NCBI RefSeq assembly: GCF_036321535.1
Contig: NC_087438.1
Span: 5,210,001-5,274,000 of the forward strand
Direction of reading: 5' to 3'
From: Camelus dromedarius
Taxonomy: Eukaryota
DNA length: 64,000 bases
The notes below the pieces were generated by a model. That model was not told where the DNA came from. It was given only the letters and a program-made list of their open reading frames with translations, and did no database searches. A program made the position numbers and the translations under genes. Below, one piece after another: positions 12,433 to 25,349 of this stretch (position 1 is the stretch's first letter; each line of letters starts with the position of its first letter).

Positions 12433-12582
12433 ATCCTGGCCAATGTGATCATTTTCATCTGTGGAAACCTGGCGGGGGCATACCACAAGCACCTCATGGA
12501 GCTTGCTCTGCAGCAGACATATCAGGACACGTGCAACTGCATCAAGTCCCGGATCAAGTTGGAATTTGAAAAACGTCAGCAG
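12433..12582 (+). CDS. ADCY2: Internal coding exon of adenylate cyclase type 2 (probably exon 4): last helix of the first transmembrane cluster (M1) plus the start of the cytosolic helical linker leading to C1a
   Basis: Translates without stops to ILANVIIFICGNLAGAYHKHLMELALQQTYQDTCNCIKSRIKLEFEKRQQ, which I recognise as mammalian ADCY2. Acceptor ...tgtgtctcatcAG ends at 12432 and donor CAG|GTAAAG starts at 12583. 150 nt, 50 codons, phase 0-0. It lies within ORF-track entry 12421..12636. Confidence 0.96.
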
Positions 12583-12861
12583 GTAAAGTGCATTTTCAGT
12601 CTTCCATCTGTGTTGCTGGAGGTGTTACTGACATGATGTTGCTGCCGCCCATGTCGAGTGTGCAGCTCATTCACTTGCAGCATCGGGAGGAAACCAGAGT
12701 AGCTCTCTGATTGCCCTGCACACCCAGCTTCCGGGGTGCTTGGTGGCACTGTAAACCAACCAGCAGAGATGGCATCTTCAGACTCAACCCCGGTGACCCC
12801 AGGATCGCCCACAAGCTGACAGCCACATCAACCACCCTCAGCACGTGGCAGGGGAAGTTCA

Positions 12862-12900
12862 AATAATAATAATGATGATGATGATGATGATGATGATGAT
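12862..12900. repeat. (AAT)4(GAT)9 trinucleotide microsatellite about 280 bp downstream of the exon
   Basis: Directly visible; it produces the poly-H and poly-S runs in spurious minus-strand ORFs. Confidence 0.95.
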
Positions 12901-13399
12901 AGTAACACTTCATTAAGGCACTCACTTTTGGTTAAAGCACATTTCTCTGTGATAGTATTTGTGGCAAGACTTTGCCCACCTACAGAGTGCCTGTTTTCCA
13001 CATGGGATGGGGTGGGATGAGATAATGAAATGGGATGGATGATTGAAGTCGTCCTTGAGGGAGGTGATTGGAGTCGGGAGGGGAAGTCTGACGGGGAACT
13101 AGTCATGGTGTCAGGGGCTGTCCTACAGTGATTGCTGTGGGTGATGCGAGAAACAGACATCAGAGGAATGAACAGGTTATGACGAAACACTGCAGAGATA
13201 GGAACTGGAGGTAAGTGGCAGGCGTGGGAGCAAAGCCATGTGGTGTCATCCAGGACGGTGGCGAGCAGGTGGAGCAGGTGTGCTTTGGAGGGAAGACCAG
13301 GAAGGAGTCCTATATGTGACATGCTTAATTTCAGGTCATGGCGAAATACCCATGTGAATAAACTTGTTTTTCTTGGGTTTGTATGTCCATCACTAGGAA

Positions 13400-13520
13400 C
13401 CCAGTCTCCATCTGTAAAGGTGGTGGTTAGCACGACTCTCTGTGAACACCACACTCGCCTCTCTGAGCTCATTCATCAAAATTTGGCACATAGAAGATCT
13501 TCATTACTATTTGTTGTATT
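13400..13520 (+). mobile_element. MIR fragment
   Basis: cagtctccatctgtaaagg core and tttggcacatagaagatcttcattactattt tail. Confidence 0.55.
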
Positions 13521-13661
13521 GAGTTAGTCTGTTGTGTATAATTTCATCAAAATGTATTATGGTGGTGGGAGCCAAAGAAATCCTTTGAATTTTGACACTA
13601 GACTTTGATTTGTGTATGGACTTATACATAATAATTGAATTCTTTTTTGAAAACAGGGAGT

Positions 13662-13730
13662 TCCATTTATTCATTCAACAAATGTTCATGGAGCACTGAG
13701 TTCATGGCAGGCATGAGCCTAGGCCCTGGG
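13662..13730 (-). mobile_element. L2 3' end
   Basis: catttattcattcaacaaatgttcatggagcact...ctaggccctgggg is the antisense L2 terminus. Confidence 0.7.
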
Positions 13731-16374
13731 GTGTGCCTGTAAATATTACTTTCTCACTTGTATTAGCAGATTTCGTGGTTTGTTTTTTAAAAAGCATTTT
13801 GTGTTACAACATGTATAGCAAAAATATTCCATACTTAATGTTTGATTCCTTAGTCCCTACGTATATCAGACTCTGTATTCAATGTTGAGATATAGACAGC
13901 TGTTGACATGAGCCCGTTAGCCAGCATATCTTCGTATATCTGTGTTCAGTAATAGTTCAAAGCCAGGTTCTAGAAAATTCCATAGTTTCAACAGACAGCA
14001 CTTAGCGTTCGTGATTGTCCCCTATACACAGTCCAAATGTTTGGGCTAGATGGTTTCCTTTTTCAAACAGCGGTGACTAGATCAGGTTGGTCCTGCCGGT
14101 CTTGTTTACCTTTCTTTTCCATCACCTGCAGAACTGCCTTCAGAATAGCACCAAGGTTAGGGAGACCTGGAATTCCAAGCGGACGGATTATGTAACCTAA
14201 TATTTATAGCACCGGCTTTGACAGAACAGTAAGTCAGGCTGCTGACCTCCTCTGCACTGCCGACTCCCTGAAGCGACCTTGAGCAACCAGAACTGGGTGT
14301 CATCCCTTGTCACAGTGATTTGTGGGGTCCAAGTGGTCAGAAAGGCCACATTTTGACCTTACACGGCTCCATAACCAGACCAGTGAGGCACACCTCGTGT
14401 TGGAGGCTCTGTGAGGCCGTCACGGGAGGTGTTACAAGGGCATGTATTTACTAGCTTTAGGGAAAGGAGCTAATGATCCCTTAAAATAAGGAAAGAGAAA
14501 AGGAACACTTTGAAGCAAAATAAGACCTTATACTCAAGATATTTAATAAAACATAATTTGACAGCACGCACGTATTTGGAGACCAAAGCTGGGAGTCAGC
14601 TCTTAGGATCTGGAGCCCAGATTGGAGCACTTTTCTTGTTAGGGCTTTGGAAAATATGTTTCTAGAATTAGAATAAATGTTTGTAGTTTTTTCAGACCAG
14701 CATGTAATTAAATGGGAGTGAAAAATTTAATGAAATCAGTAAGATGTGATGGGACAGACTTAAGGGAACAAGTAAGACTTGGCCAGTGGCCGCCCGCGTG
14801 TCCCTCCTGCCGAAGGGTGGTCTCTGAGACAGCGGGGTCGGCTGCGGCCACAGCCCGGACCAAGGGCTGCACGAGTCACTGCAGGTCCACCCTTTCCCGC
14901 AAACCAGTTTTGCTCCATCCTCAGTCACTACGGCAAACAGCAGTGTCCTGCAGAGTGTCTCCTTCAGGTGGAGGGCTGTGTGCTGAGCAGCTACTAAACA
15001 ATTAACGATTAGTTTCAGCCGCCACTTGGTTAAAACCTATACCACCCATTTTACTGTTACGTCTGCAGGGGCCTCGGAGGGAGCGGACGCTCCCGGAGGC
15101 TCAGTGGCCGCCGTCCTGAGTGGTGCCAGGGCCTCGTCTCTCAGCCTCACCCGCTGCTGCCCTCAGTCCTTGGGGAGGAAGGCATGTGTCTGTCCCACGT
15201 GAGCCCAGGGAGCTGCCCCTTCAGCGAGCCCGCTGGGGCTGCAAACAGTTGATATTCCTGAGCAGTGCCTAGAGATTCTGAAATCGTTTCAAAATTTGCT
15301 CAACTCTGGACTCTCTTTCCTTTAGCTTAGATGGTATTTTTCCTAGATGCAAATGAGATGAATTTCTAGAGATTAACAACCATGTTTGAATAAAGTGGCT
15401 ATTTGCGCTGTAAGATTTTGGGAGAAAAAGGAATGAAAAATGTTAGCAGAAATTTTTCTCAGAGTTGTATTCTTGCCCTAAAAGTGCCCTCGTGTATAAA
15501 CAACATATAGATGTATTTTTACTAGGTGGGAAAACAACTACATCCCATGAGCGGGGGGGGGCCGCCTTTGGGGTCTGAAAGTGGTGAGCTTTGACTTTTG
15601 TCATTAAGCTTCCCACCCCGCAGTAAAAGCCGTTTCTTGTGCTCGGTGTCCGTGAGCAGAAGACCCTTCATCAGACCTGAGGAGGCCGCAGGTGCCTCTC
15701 CCTGGGGTGGGCAGGAGCCTCTCAGGGACTGACAGCAGCCAGATTCAGAGCAAAACAAGGACCCTCCCGCTTCACTGAAGTCAGCGTTGCCTCTGTAGGA
15801 CTGAAAACTGGGTTTTTCTTTTCTATAGAGAGATAATAAACACTCTTCAATTTATATTTGTCTTTGTTTTGAAGTAATGTAATTCAAAGAATCTTTATAC
15901 AGTCTGCCTTCCTCTGGAACCATCCTGAAGACTGCCCGTGACACAGTGTGCTTTCCAGTGGAGAACGCTAGTCAAGCGAGCCGTGGCCCCCGTGTTATGC
16001 CTTGGTCTGTATCCCACTGGGCTGGGGGTGGGGGCTAGCGAACCAGGAGGCTTCCTGGCTCTCCCTGGGGGCAAAATTGTGTTTCCTCTCTGCAGACTTC
16101 GTTGGAACAAGTGGACCTTTTGTGCCCATGGTTGGGCAGGTAATAAATGTTCCCGTCTCTGTCCTGATATGATAGTGGGTGCTCTTTGGGCACGCCCGGC
16201 TGCGTTGCACGCACCATTCAGGATGCTCGGGGAAGCGCTGCTGAAGCTGTTTTGGGTTTGGGCTGCTAAAGTTTGGTCCCCTTCCATGAGGAGAAAGGAG
16301 AAAGGGAAGAATGGGTGTTTCTTTGAGTCCTGATAAGGTGCCGGTGGTCTGTTTAGTTCTTTTTGCTCACACTG

Positions 16375-16882
16375 TTACATCAGGTTTCTGTTGCTGTTGT
16401 GACAGATGACCACGACTGTGGCGGCTTAGGGCGGGTTTAGTGCTGCAGGTTTCTGGAGACCCGAAGTCCGAAGTCGGTCTCATGAGCCAGATCACCGTGT
16501 TGGCAGGGCTGGCTCCTTCCGGAGGCTTGAAGGGGCAAGTCTGCGTAGCTGCCTTTTCAAGTTTCTGGGGCCTGCCTGATTCCCTGGGTCCTGGCCCCTT
16601 CCTTCAACCTCAAATGCAGCGGCAGAGAATTTTCCAGCCTCTCCCTCTGTCTCCAGCCCCGCTCTCTGGTCTGTGATTCCGCTCTTGCACCGTCTTCCTT
16701 CTCGCTGCCTAACCCTCCAGCCTCCCTCAAAGGAGGAGAATCCAGAAGAACCTCCCCATCTTGAGGTGCTTAATTTAATTACATCTGCTAAGTTCTGGGT
16801 TTTCTGTGTAAGGTCACATCGTCACAGGTGCTGGGGGTTAGAATGGGGTCATCTTTGCAAGTTCATTATTCAGCCTGCTATC
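16375..16882 (-). mobile_element. ERVL-MaLR solo LTR (MLT1C/D-like)
   Basis: ttgctgttgtgacagatgaccac...gtgttggcagggctggctccttccggaggct...ttaatttaattacatctgctaag...tcacaggtgctgggggttagaatg...attattcagcct. Confidence 0.85.
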
Positions 16883-17310
16883 CTGTCTTCTTAATCGATT
16901 TATAAACTCTATCGCGTAAGTCCTTTCCCACGCTTAGACCAAGTAAAGTAATTGCCAAGTGACTTGTCTAAGATCACTCGGCTCTGAAGTGTTTTTTCTG
17001 CCTCTCATGTTGGTTCTGCCTGGGGTTTTGGAGTGATCTCTGGGGATATAGAGTGTTCTCAGCTGTAAAGGACTTTTTTTCTTTTTTTTAAGCTATGTTG
17101 TTTATTATTACTAATTGCATAAGCAAGCATAAGATGATACCAGTCATTGATCTGACTTGTCATTAGCTGATGCGTTACCACCGTAGGCAGCATATCATCC
17201 GTGAGAATGCCGGGGACTTGTATGGAAGATCACACTCAGGAAGCCGCCGTCTTCAGTCTGTCTGTGGCTTTATTTCCATTCTGTGGTGAGTGGCTGCGAA
17301 GCAGGCGGAC

Positions 17311-17440
17311 CCTGGAGGTGGACATCCTGAGTTGAATCCTGGTTACATTATCTTTTAGTGTGACCTTGGTCAAATTTCCTACCTTCTCTGTGTCTTAGTT
17401 CTTGTGATGGAAGTTCTCCTTGAGCTCTTGTCAAATTTAA
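17311..17440 (+). mobile_element. MIR
   Basis: cctgagttgaatcctgg...tgtgaccttggtcaaatttcctaccttctctgtgtcttagtt matches the MIR B-box and core. Confidence 0.75.
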
Positions 17441-20339
17441 GAAGCAGTCTCTCCTGCATCCCGAACAGAATCCTGTTAAGAAAGTGATCCGCATCCAGTC
17501 TTGCATTGAACTCGTATGACTTTTATGCACTGGCATTAAACAAATCAGAGGCCGCCCTGGCCAAGCCATCGACCGCGCTGGAGCAGGGGGAGTGTTTGGT
17601 GCCAGCCATTCCGGCTCCTGAGTCCCCTCCATAATAAGCTCCCTTCTTCCTTGAAGCAGACAGGTTGAACAGAGACACGTTCTGCTTTGTCTGCTGGAAC
17701 ATCTGATAGGGAGTTGTTCCAAACACTGCTTTCACCAGCCCCTGCTCACCGCGCTGGGAAGCTTACTTTTCACCAGCAGGATGGACGGTGTAAGGCAGTC
17801 CCTGCCGCTCCTACCGCAGGCCTCATCACTGCACTCGTCGTCGTCGTCTGTGTCTGAGTCGGTCCGTGGAGTCCAGGGTGAGCCAGCCCAGAGTATACGC
17901 CTCTTGATAAAACCAAACTGGAAATAGGAGCCCCCGAAGAGTTCAAGCCCTGTGAGACTTTCTCACTGCAGTTCCTGAAGAATTAAAGCAGCAAACTTTG
18001 GCATAAATGGTATCCGTGGCCTTTGGGGATGGCGGTGCACGCAGCAGAGACAGCAGAACAGGAGAAATGCAGAACGTGACACAGTCCTTCCAGTTTGGTT
18101 CTGACCCCGCTCTGGCTCTTGCGTCTTCAAAGATTATTAAATAAACTGTCCTCCCACCTCCCGCCCCAACCACTTTTTCCTATTTTATTTAGTAATCACT
18201 TGTGTAGTTTTTCCTTTGGTAACTCTTCCTCGATGATGTCGTAACTTGCACCATTCTTGGTCACCACTTGTTTCCATCATATTAAGCAGTGAATTGCATC
18301 CTGTTTCCTTTGGTCCCTCTCCCTTGGTGGAGAGGACATAGCTTACATGTCACTACCTTTTCTTCATCACCCATTAGCGGAAGATTGAATGATGTAGAAG
18401 ATAACACTTACGTTTTGCTTGGAATTTTTAAAAAATGAAGAGTTGAGGTTTCATAAAAGAATTCTCTTTACAGTGTCTGCCATTCGAGTTTATGGGAATG
18501 AAGTTCAGGACTTGCTTTAACAGCTTGCACCGCCCTGTGTGCTGTTTATTACTTAAATTCTCACGAAGCTCAGATACTATGTCTCATTGAGAAACACAAA
18601 AGAGGCTATTTTAGGATGCTGCGATTTATGCCATGATGCTTATAGATACTTTTAAAGGGGAAATGAAAATCAATTCCAGAAAAAAAATGTATCAATAACC
18701 CTCAAATCATCAAGCCTGAAATATTTTCCAGTGAGTCCTTCAGTTAGAATGGATGAGGCCATTACATATTTTCAAAGACTGCAGTGAAGGCCAGGCGGTG
18801 AGTGTGTACCCTGGCTCCTTTAAGGAGAAATCAACAATTATAGATCGAAGATCAAGGGGAAAGAGGAGGAAGACTGTAGGAATCAAGGTCAAATCTTAGT
18901 GCCGGAAGTGAACACCACTGCGGGGCACTAGTAATAGGGGCTCAAAACAGCATTAGCGCTCATTCTGTAAGAAGTTAGACATCCTGTTCTAAAGAGAAAA
19001 GTAAAATAGTGTTACAATCATTAATCAGATTTTTAAATTAATCCAATATGTGCAAATGCCTATTTCTGTCATGACAGTAGAAAAGCTAAAAGGTCAAACA
19101 AAGCCTCCAGACGTTTCCCCCATGCACGACACTTGAGCAAAGCCCCATCTCACGTTCACAGTGAGGAAGCCACTCGCCTGTCTCCTTGGAGGAGCACCTG
19201 GGGGACATTTATGTTGCACCGGATTATCCCCAGCGAATCCTTGTTGATGATACTAGAGAAAAACACACACAAAACAGAAGTTGCACCCTCAGGAGACACC
19301 TGGTTTTGGTATATTTGGCTCCTGAAAGGTTTTCTTTTTCCTTGGAGATTGCCTACTTTTTACACCCTGTGGAGCAGTATTTTGATGCTGGCAAGACTGC
19401 TTAGTAGTCAAAGGATAATCTAATGGAAAGACTCAAGTACCCTCAGTATCATTTGTATGAGTTAAATAAGCCCAATAAAGAAAGAGCTCCAGAACCAGTC
19501 CTTCTGGTCACAGTGTCCATCCTTTGGGTGTTTGTCCCACACAGGAGAAGATGCGTGCCCACTCCAGAGTCAAAGTCAAATGCCAAGTCTTCCGTGACTG
19601 CAATCGTGTTTTTCTTCCTGCAGATGTCAGCACAATCGGGCCCCTACACGTCCTGTGGCATTAGTGCTCTGCTTGCTGAATCAACGCAGCAATGTTTATA
19701 CCATTTACGGGAAGCCCACCAGGGTTTACAGCAAGTTGAAAAGGATGGCTTAGGAGCTTTAGAATTTTGTTGATTTTGTTCATGCATGTTCAAAAGATGT
19801 TAGTCTTTGGAGTTATCCCTTTTTAGGTTGTCTAAGTGACCTCAAATTTTTGGAAAATTTTGTTCTTTGGCTTCTTTAGAAGAATCCTTTAACCTGTTTA
19901 TAGATTATTGGCCATTTAATATATGTGCATTACTGGATGTGAAAATTCCTCCCAAAGACCTGGGTTTTCCATAAATGTGAAAGCACGGAGGACCACGCGA
20001 TACACTCAGCAGTGACACCCGAGGAGCGTTGGAGGCAGTGATGAGCACAGAAACCTGTGCGCGAACTGGTAAATTAAAGTAGGACTTTTACATGTGTTCT
20101 TCTGCTAAATGCAGGGTTATGAAGGCTATGGAAGCCCTGATTCTCCTACACATCAAAACTCCCATTTCACATTTTTTTTCCTTCAGTGATCTGTTCTGTG
20201 CCGGGGACCGACCCATGGAGTGTAGCAGCATTCTGGGAGGAGCCTGCAGGTCCCTGTTCTTTTTGGGTTTAAGTCTGAATGGCAAGAGACAGGTCGTAAC
20301 TGTCTGAAGGCATAATTTTCACGAGAAGATACAGCAAGG

Positions 20340-21480
20340 TCACGTGACAAAGCTTGGTGGGGTGGGAAGAAGGTGGAATGGCACCCGGGGAGGCCAGTCG
20401 GGGAGGCTTCCTGGGGACGTGACAGCTGAGTTGCAGCATGAATTAGGGAAGGCTGAGTCATCTTGTCAGGGTGACCTGATGAGGAGTTCTCCAAGCAGAA
20501 TGGGTGGGCTGCCAACGTCCAGACTTAAGGCCCAGACTGACCGGTTTGAAGGACACAGGGGTCAGCGGGACAGCTGGGGAAGAGAGGGGAGTTAGGAGGG
20601 AGCCGGGAGCCGGACGCCAGACCACACACCGGGCCTTGCAAGGTGTGAGAAGGACTTGGGGTTTTGTTATACCTGGACAGGGCAGTCACTGAAGGGTTTT
20701 AAGCAGGGCAGTGACGGGAACAGGCAGACATTCTTAAAGGAGCTCTCTGGCTGCTGGTAGAGAGTGAGTTGGAAGAGGAAGCATTCCAGACAGGTGCCCC
20801 ACTACGAGCTGGTCTAGACCTTATCTCGGTAAGAGTAGTTCGGGCCGGAGTGGACAGATTCAGGACATATTTTGAAATGAAACCAGTAGAGGGGTTACTG
20901 TTGGATTGGATGGTGGGTGAGAAGAAAATAAACTAACCAAGAAAGATCCGTAAGTTTAAACTCCAGCAACTGGATAATGGTAGGTATGCCACTCCTCAGA
21001 TGTCAGTGTCTTTGGGAACAATATTTATTATGGGGGATGGAGGTGGAGTAGAAACCAAGAGTTGAGGTTTGACCTATTCTGTGTCCAAGAGGAGATACCA
21101 AGCTGGCAGTTGTGAGTAAAATCTGGAGCTGGAAACATAAATGTGGACATCATCAGCATGGAGTTGGAATTTAAAGAACCAAATGAGACCCCCTAGGGAG
21201 AGAATAGGAGTAGAAAAGATAAAAACGACCCCGGACCAAGCCCCAGGGCGCACCAGCCTTTGGGAAGAGATGGGGGAGAGGGGTTAGCCCGTCACTGAGA
21301 AGGACCACCCACCAGACGAGAGAGAAGCCAGACAGCGCGGCTCAGGAGAAGCCAGAAGAGGACGCGTCGGGGGACATCGGTCAACTCAGTCAAACGCTGA
21401 GGTGTAGAGGGATGCGGGTGAAGTGACCGCCAGTCCCTGCAGCCTGGCAGGCACCTGGGCAGAGGGGTTAAAAAGAACAG
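20340..21480 (-). mobile_element. L2a-like LINE fragment (about 1.1 kb)
   Basis: ggaggcttcctgggg, cactgaagggttttaagcagggcagtgac, ctctggctgctgg, gtggacagattcaggacatattttgaa, ggagctggaaacataaatgtggacatcatcagcat follow the collinear L2 antisense order. Confidence 0.85.
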
Positions 21481-24400
21481 GCGGTGACGGAGGACAGGCC
21501 GTGACACATGGAACAGGCAGAGGCGCCAAAAATGCGGAGCAGGTTGTTTGCTCAGGACTTTGTCTACCGAGATGGAAAAAGCAGCATCGTGTCCCGTGTC
21601 TTCCTGCGGCCTCCCTGGCAGGACACTGTAAGCTGCCTATTAATAGCTTCTCCTGTGTTGTATTACGCAGTTACCCGCCCCGTGTCTTTTTTTATTTTGA
21701 ATCATTGATTCTCAGGAAGGAAAGGGCAGAAGGATTGATTGATTTTTTCTAGAAAAGCAACTCAGATCTTGGATTACAGTTAATAAATCATCACGGCTGT
21801 TGTGTATGGGGCGTGCTATTTCGTGTTCTGATAATAGCTGCTAGAAAGGTTTTAACCCAAATAGAAACAAGCAAAAAGAGTTACTGAAAAACAGGCAAAT
21901 AGTAACATCATGGAAGCGGAGTCAAAAACAATTGGAAAGACTATGGGCGAAATCGAGAGAAAGAGTTAAGACAAAAAGTCAGGCCTCAATTTGGGCTAAC
22001 AGTGTTTCACCAACACATCAAAGGGAAACCATAAGATTAAATGTTAAAGGAAAAATAACTCATCCTCTTTGCAAAAGAAAAAAAATCCCTGTCAATGAAT
22101 GTGCCGTGATCACTGTGTTCCTCGGGAGGCTTGCTGCCCAGAGCGTGACAGTTTCAGGGTTGGATAGTTTTACTGAAAGCACCATCCTCGCTACAAGAAT
22201 GGAAGTCGGAAGCTGAGCGTTTCACCTGGAGATAAAAATCAGTCAGCAAGCCATGGGGTTGTTTGAACTTAACAGCACAAACCCAGAGCAGTGGGTGCAG
22301 CTTTGGCCACCTCGTTGGGTCCAGCATGGAAAGGCAGCAGCAGAAACAGTGAGATTTCCTTCCTACTGTGCATGGACCCCTGTGCACCTTGCTTGGCCAG
22401 ATTCCAAGTGACAGGGGTCCAGGGAAAAATGGCCTCAGAGTGGAATTTTCTTTGTAGCTGTGTTTTTTCCCAGTCTTGTCTGAGGCCCTTTTCTGGCCCC
22501 TTGTGTGGCAATGACGTCATTCTCTCAAGGAGTTGTGGAGAACAGAAATGGGAATGTTTTATCACTGACCGCAGAATGGGCTCGGACCAACCTACTGGGA
22601 CGTTAGGCCCCTTGGGCCACGCAGGCATCTCAGCCCCCGAAGGAAATGACCATTCCTCAGACAAGGGGAATCTTTGTCACTCTGGGACAAGATCCAGTGG
22701 CTGGAGGAAGAAAGGTGTATTAAAACAAAACACAAAACCTGTTCACATGAGGCCGGGTGCCACGTGTGAAGGTGTCCTCGCCCAGGCCCCTCTCAGTGGC
22801 TCTTCCCATCCACGGCTCACTAGGCATCAAAATGTGGCCACCACCTTGGCAGCTGCCCAAGAGTTTACTGGCGGCCAAAGTGACGCTGGGTCCATTTCCC
22901 AGTGCGGCATCCGTCCAGCGGGCCTGCCTGGGGCCCCTTCCTGCCATCCTGAAACTCGACTGTGAATTCTTTGGTGGCAAGGGCTGTCTATTATTTTGTT
23001 ATTTTTCTTTATGTTCTTAGAACCTAGTGCAATTCTGGGCGTGGAGAAGGCAAGGACATGCACACCAGCTGACCACACACACCAGTACATTCTGCCCTGT
23101 CTCTCCCCCTTCCCCTCTCCCTCTCTTCCCTTTCTGTGTTCATCCCTTCTAATGCAGTTACTAATTGTATATGTACATGGCAGTAATTCATTCAGCTCCA
23201 TTATTATCAATGGTCCCAAGCCAGACCCTCTGACACGTTGGACCCCTAATGGATTATAGCCAGCGCCTCAGCTCCAGAGTATCCATACGCTGTCTTGATT
23301 AACCATTCGTCAGTCTCTCCTCTATCTCTTCTGAATTCTCTGCAGGTTAAATATAATCTCTTACTACATTTGGACATGTTGGCTCTGAACGAACCCAGAT
23401 ACCATCAGATACGTCTTTCCATTATGAGGCTCACTTACACGGTTACTCATGAAAGTAATACTTGGTTGTGTTAAATCTGCAAAGGATAAACGAGGATAAA
23501 CAGAAAAAAATCTCAGTTCCCTGTTCTCCCAGGCCCGTTTGCCTCTCCCCAAAAGTTTTTCTCATGAATTTCAACTGAAGTGTTTCTCTGAACTTGGGTT
23601 ATTTTAGCCTCCTTTGTCATGGAAGTGGTCAGTATCCTTCCAATCGGGAGCATCCAGACAGAATCGTGTGTGTGTTACGAACGCTGCAGTTTTTTATGTC
23701 AAAGGCAAAATACAAGTGTGAAATCACCCAGCCTGTTGACTTGACCCAGAACAAGCCTGTATTAGAATGCTTGGCTCATGGATACAGTCGTGATGACACT
23801 TTGCAGCGTAATGGATCTTTAAAACAGTGTTAGATTTTTGAAGTTGGTGAATACGGCAGCACTTAAATAGTTACTAGTTCAGATCTTTCCTGGTGAATTT
23901 CACTGTCAAGTTAAGAAAAAAAAATGTTTAGGGGCAGTATTTATGAGTGGGTGTTCTAAAGGATGGGTCGGTACACAGAAACAAATGTCAACCATAGATC
24001 CTGCTCTTTAAAAAGGGGCAGAGAGATTGAGGAGCTCTCAAAACTTGGGCTCTGAAGATGTAACACTCAGATGAGTGAGCTCTCGGGAAAGCTAGGAGTG
24101 AGATTTTGAATGTTTACTGAAAAACAGGGAAATCCTTTCATTAATGTGCACTGTATTTCATCAGCTGATTCAGATGAACGTACGATGGAACAACTTCTAC
24201 ACAAGGGAGAATTGAAAGATCTCTGAGTTGCTGATGAATAATGGAAACAATGTAAAACTTGCTTTTAAATGAAGTTTGCTTTTTAAATGCTTTCATGAAA
24301 AATATTTCTATCGGTTCCCATGTAAATTAGCATTTATAGCAACGGTCTTCTGCCTTTGGTGACATCATGATTTTATGTTATTTCGCTGAGAAATGAACAA

Positions 24401-25349
24401 CATGAGACTGAAAGCTGGAGAGGACAACTCAGGGATATTATTATGCAAAAAAGAGAAATACCAATTTTAAGATATTTCGTGAGTATTTTCTCCAGAGAAC
24501 GATGAGTTTCACCATCCCGTGCCTCACTGTCTGCCGTCATTGGTGCAACAGAGAGTGATGGGCTGGATCGTTTTCTAAATCTAAGGAAAACATAGCTGGT
24601 CCAGTCCTCCAGCTGAGAAGGGATTTGGAAGGTTGCATTTCTGACGCTTCAGAGGAAGTTCCATACTTGCTCCCTGTCCAGCCTTTCTTCACAAGACACC
24701 CTTTGAGTAGAGAGATGAGAACTTTGAAAATCAGTTGCTAGCATGTGTCCCCAGTGTCACGCTCTCCAAGGAGGACCCAGGTCTGATGCTCCTGTCACCC
24801 CCCATCTCTCTAGGCAGTGCTCCGGCTCCTGGGAGGCAGGGAACTCACATGCCCCCTTACAAGGGGCTCAGGTCGGGGGGTTCGGCACCTGTCACGGATG
24901 TGGTTAAAGGGTTTGTACATTGCGAGGGAGCCAAACTGCCCATCCACCTGCCCCAGGATTCTCAGAATCTGTGAGCCTCTGTGAGCCTCTGTGTACAGTG
25001 CTTTGCACTCAAGTTGGAGTTGTAAAAAAATGCAGACCAAAAATACAGATATTACCCAACACCCCAAACTTAAAGAATAACAGACAGTCATGGTGTAAAA
25101 TGCAGATCTGTATTTGCATCTTCCTTTATCATGCATATTTTTAAACTTTTTATGCCAAATCTATTTTATCCAGGAGTTTGTGTCTGTGCCCTTGTCCCAG
25201 GAACTTAACATCGTCATTGCTGTATTTTGCAGTAATTCTTATATCTTGCAAGGTTACCATCACCTATGTATAAAATATATGTGTATGCTTTAATTTGAAA
25301 TTTCTTTGATTTTTTTGCCTGTTTATTTTTCTACATAGAGTGGGGGATC

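Noticed and set aside
12583..12636. Extension of the ADCY2 ORF beyond the exon (VKCIFSLPSVLLEVLLT)
   Set aside because: Read-through past the GT donor into intron; similarity to ADCY2 ends exactly at QQ.
12671..12925. Poly-histidine and poly-serine proteins on the minus strand
   Set aside because: These are translations of the (GAT)9 microsatellite.
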